In this document: positions 62,528-64,000 of the stretch, piece after piece
How positions within the stretch are numbered: the stretch's first letter is position 1
How the letters are laid out: each line of letters begins with the position of its first letter
Assembly (NCBI GenBank): GCA_030704615.1
Contig: CM060734.1
Coordinates: 26,102,001 to 26,166,000 of the forward strand
Direction of reading: 5' to 3'
DNA from: Takakia lepidozioides
Lineage: Eukaryota > Plantae > Bryophyta
Length of the DNA stretch: 64,000 bases
Position numbers and translations under genes: made by a program
Notes under the pieces: generated by a model
What the model was told of the DNA's origin: nothing
The model's database searches: none
Seen by the model: the letters and a program-made list of their open reading frames with translations, nothing else

Positions 62528-63830
62528 TCTCTCCACCCACAATCTTGCCTACACTCTCCTACTGCTGCGCACTATTTATCCTACGTCAAATGAAAATTAG
62601 TGTACAAATGGACCTCCCTGGATACCTTGACACTATATCACCGCTTGAACGTGCGGTACCTACAACACCTTCATACCTTATTCTGTCACCCGACAGCCTC
62701 TTGTACCATTGACTGCGACCTCCCATGCTCACTCTTCCCCCACAACAAACAAGATTTTCTTCCTGAATTTTGGATAGCCCAAGCTGCCTCTATAATCCAA
62801 ATGCTCAAGGCCTCCCAAACAACTAATGTGTGCACCCCACCAGGCACCTCCCCTCCCCCAACCTACCCCACCTCCCCCATCACCCGAGGCAGAACTAATA
62901 CAACTCCGACCCACCCCCCTTGACCCTACATACTCGGATCCACCCCCACTTAACCCCACCCCACCAATGCCAACCATCCTGAAGCCTTCATCATCGAAGC
63001 GATACTCGGCATAAAAACTCAAACCTCAATTGATTCCTTCGGAGCTACATGTGTTGATACCTATTACCTATGTAAATGGGCTGGCTTCCCCACAGAAGAC
63101 AATACCTGACAAATCGAAGATGACCCTCTTTGGGTCACATGAAGATTGTGACCCAGCCCACAACCTTGACCTTCTAACCAAATTCCACAAAACAACCAAC
63201 ACCAACTATATCGCACACACTCATCAACATCATGTATCCCAAACCCAGCTGATAGACGCCCGTCACATTCACAAACCCATCGCTGCTCCAAAAATTCACA
63301 TACATATCACAAAATGCAACCCAAACAAAGATATTAAACACGGCGCTCCCATTACATGCACTAGCCACTTAACGTCCTACCTCTACACCCTTAATGGTAG
63401 ATATGTTGGATTAATTTCTAATGACATGCTAGCTTGGCTCTAGAAAAAATATTTTGCCTCCATACCCCACACAAATCAGTTACAAACTCCAAGACAAGAT
63501 TTTGCCACAGAGGTCTGCTGGCTTGTTGAATGGTATCTACGCGAAACCCCCTCCAAAAAACCCCGTACCCTTGACAAACTAACACAAGCCTATGCCCATT
63601 ATACCATCCCCCTAGACATTCTTAAGCTCCTCATCACTACATTCCTGCTCACACACGCATACTACTCTAGTCCGCTTACATGTCCCCCAGAGCTTTCATC
63701 TTTTGACAGCCCGCATCCTCGAGACTGTGTATTCGGTGCTTCCAGGACCGCCACGCAACATACTTGGTCCGGAAGGGGTCTGGCCCACCCGCCTCCCGGA
63801 CCCCTCACACAAAAAGCACTCCAATGGCGG
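62528..63830 (+). mobile_element. LINE fragment (probably post-RT region) with a PCIF1/CAPAM-like methyltransferase remnant
   Basis: Same C/A-rich coding bias as 17176-18933. The 63030 frame continues past one TAG to TIPLDILKLLITTFLLTHAYYSSPLTC..DSPHPRDCVFGA..WSGRGLAHPP. Confidence 0.6.
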
Positions 63831-64000
63831 GCAGCTAGGTCATGAGCCCAGCCCTATGAGCTTGGGAGCTGGGCTCACGCTTTATGCAATAAGCGTGAAC
63901 CCAGACTTCATTTGCATGACGTGGCATGAGCGTTCTTCACGCCACGTAAGCGTGAGTGTCTGCCATGTCAACAGATGTCAGAAGACATTTGGCGAAAGAA

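Overview
Repeat-dense eukaryotic DNA made almost entirely of nested, mostly decayed transposable elements. Spliceosomal introns, PLS-type PPR motifs and the element types point to a land plant, probably a bryophyte (inference). It holds the 3' end of a chromovirus, a Ty3/Gypsy element with a PHD-finger integrase and tandem LTRs, a full-length non-chromovirus Ty3/Gypsy (40886-53930, TSD CTCGC) nested in an older relative, LINE fragments, CACTA and hAT remnants, and captured PPR repeats. The main finding is a family of Mutator-like DNA transposons seen as four pieces (1922-9134 with an 8-bp TSD; 9900-13888; 21121-22440; 54913-62527). They share GG(G/A)GG-(T/C)T..TATT..ATGAGC termini. Three pieces carry an intron-containing gene, most complete at 56625-62293, that joins a ParB/Srx-like domain to a beta-class (N4-C/N6-A type) DNA methyltransferase domain with an unusual DIPDG motif IV. 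The same three pieces carry arrays of palindromes centred on CGGCGCCG, with copy-specific arms, in introns and intergenic DNA. A LINE fragment separately carries a PCIF1/CAPAM-like methyltransferase remnant. All domain calls come from motif recognition by eye; no searches were run, and boundaries without a TSD or terminus are approximate.
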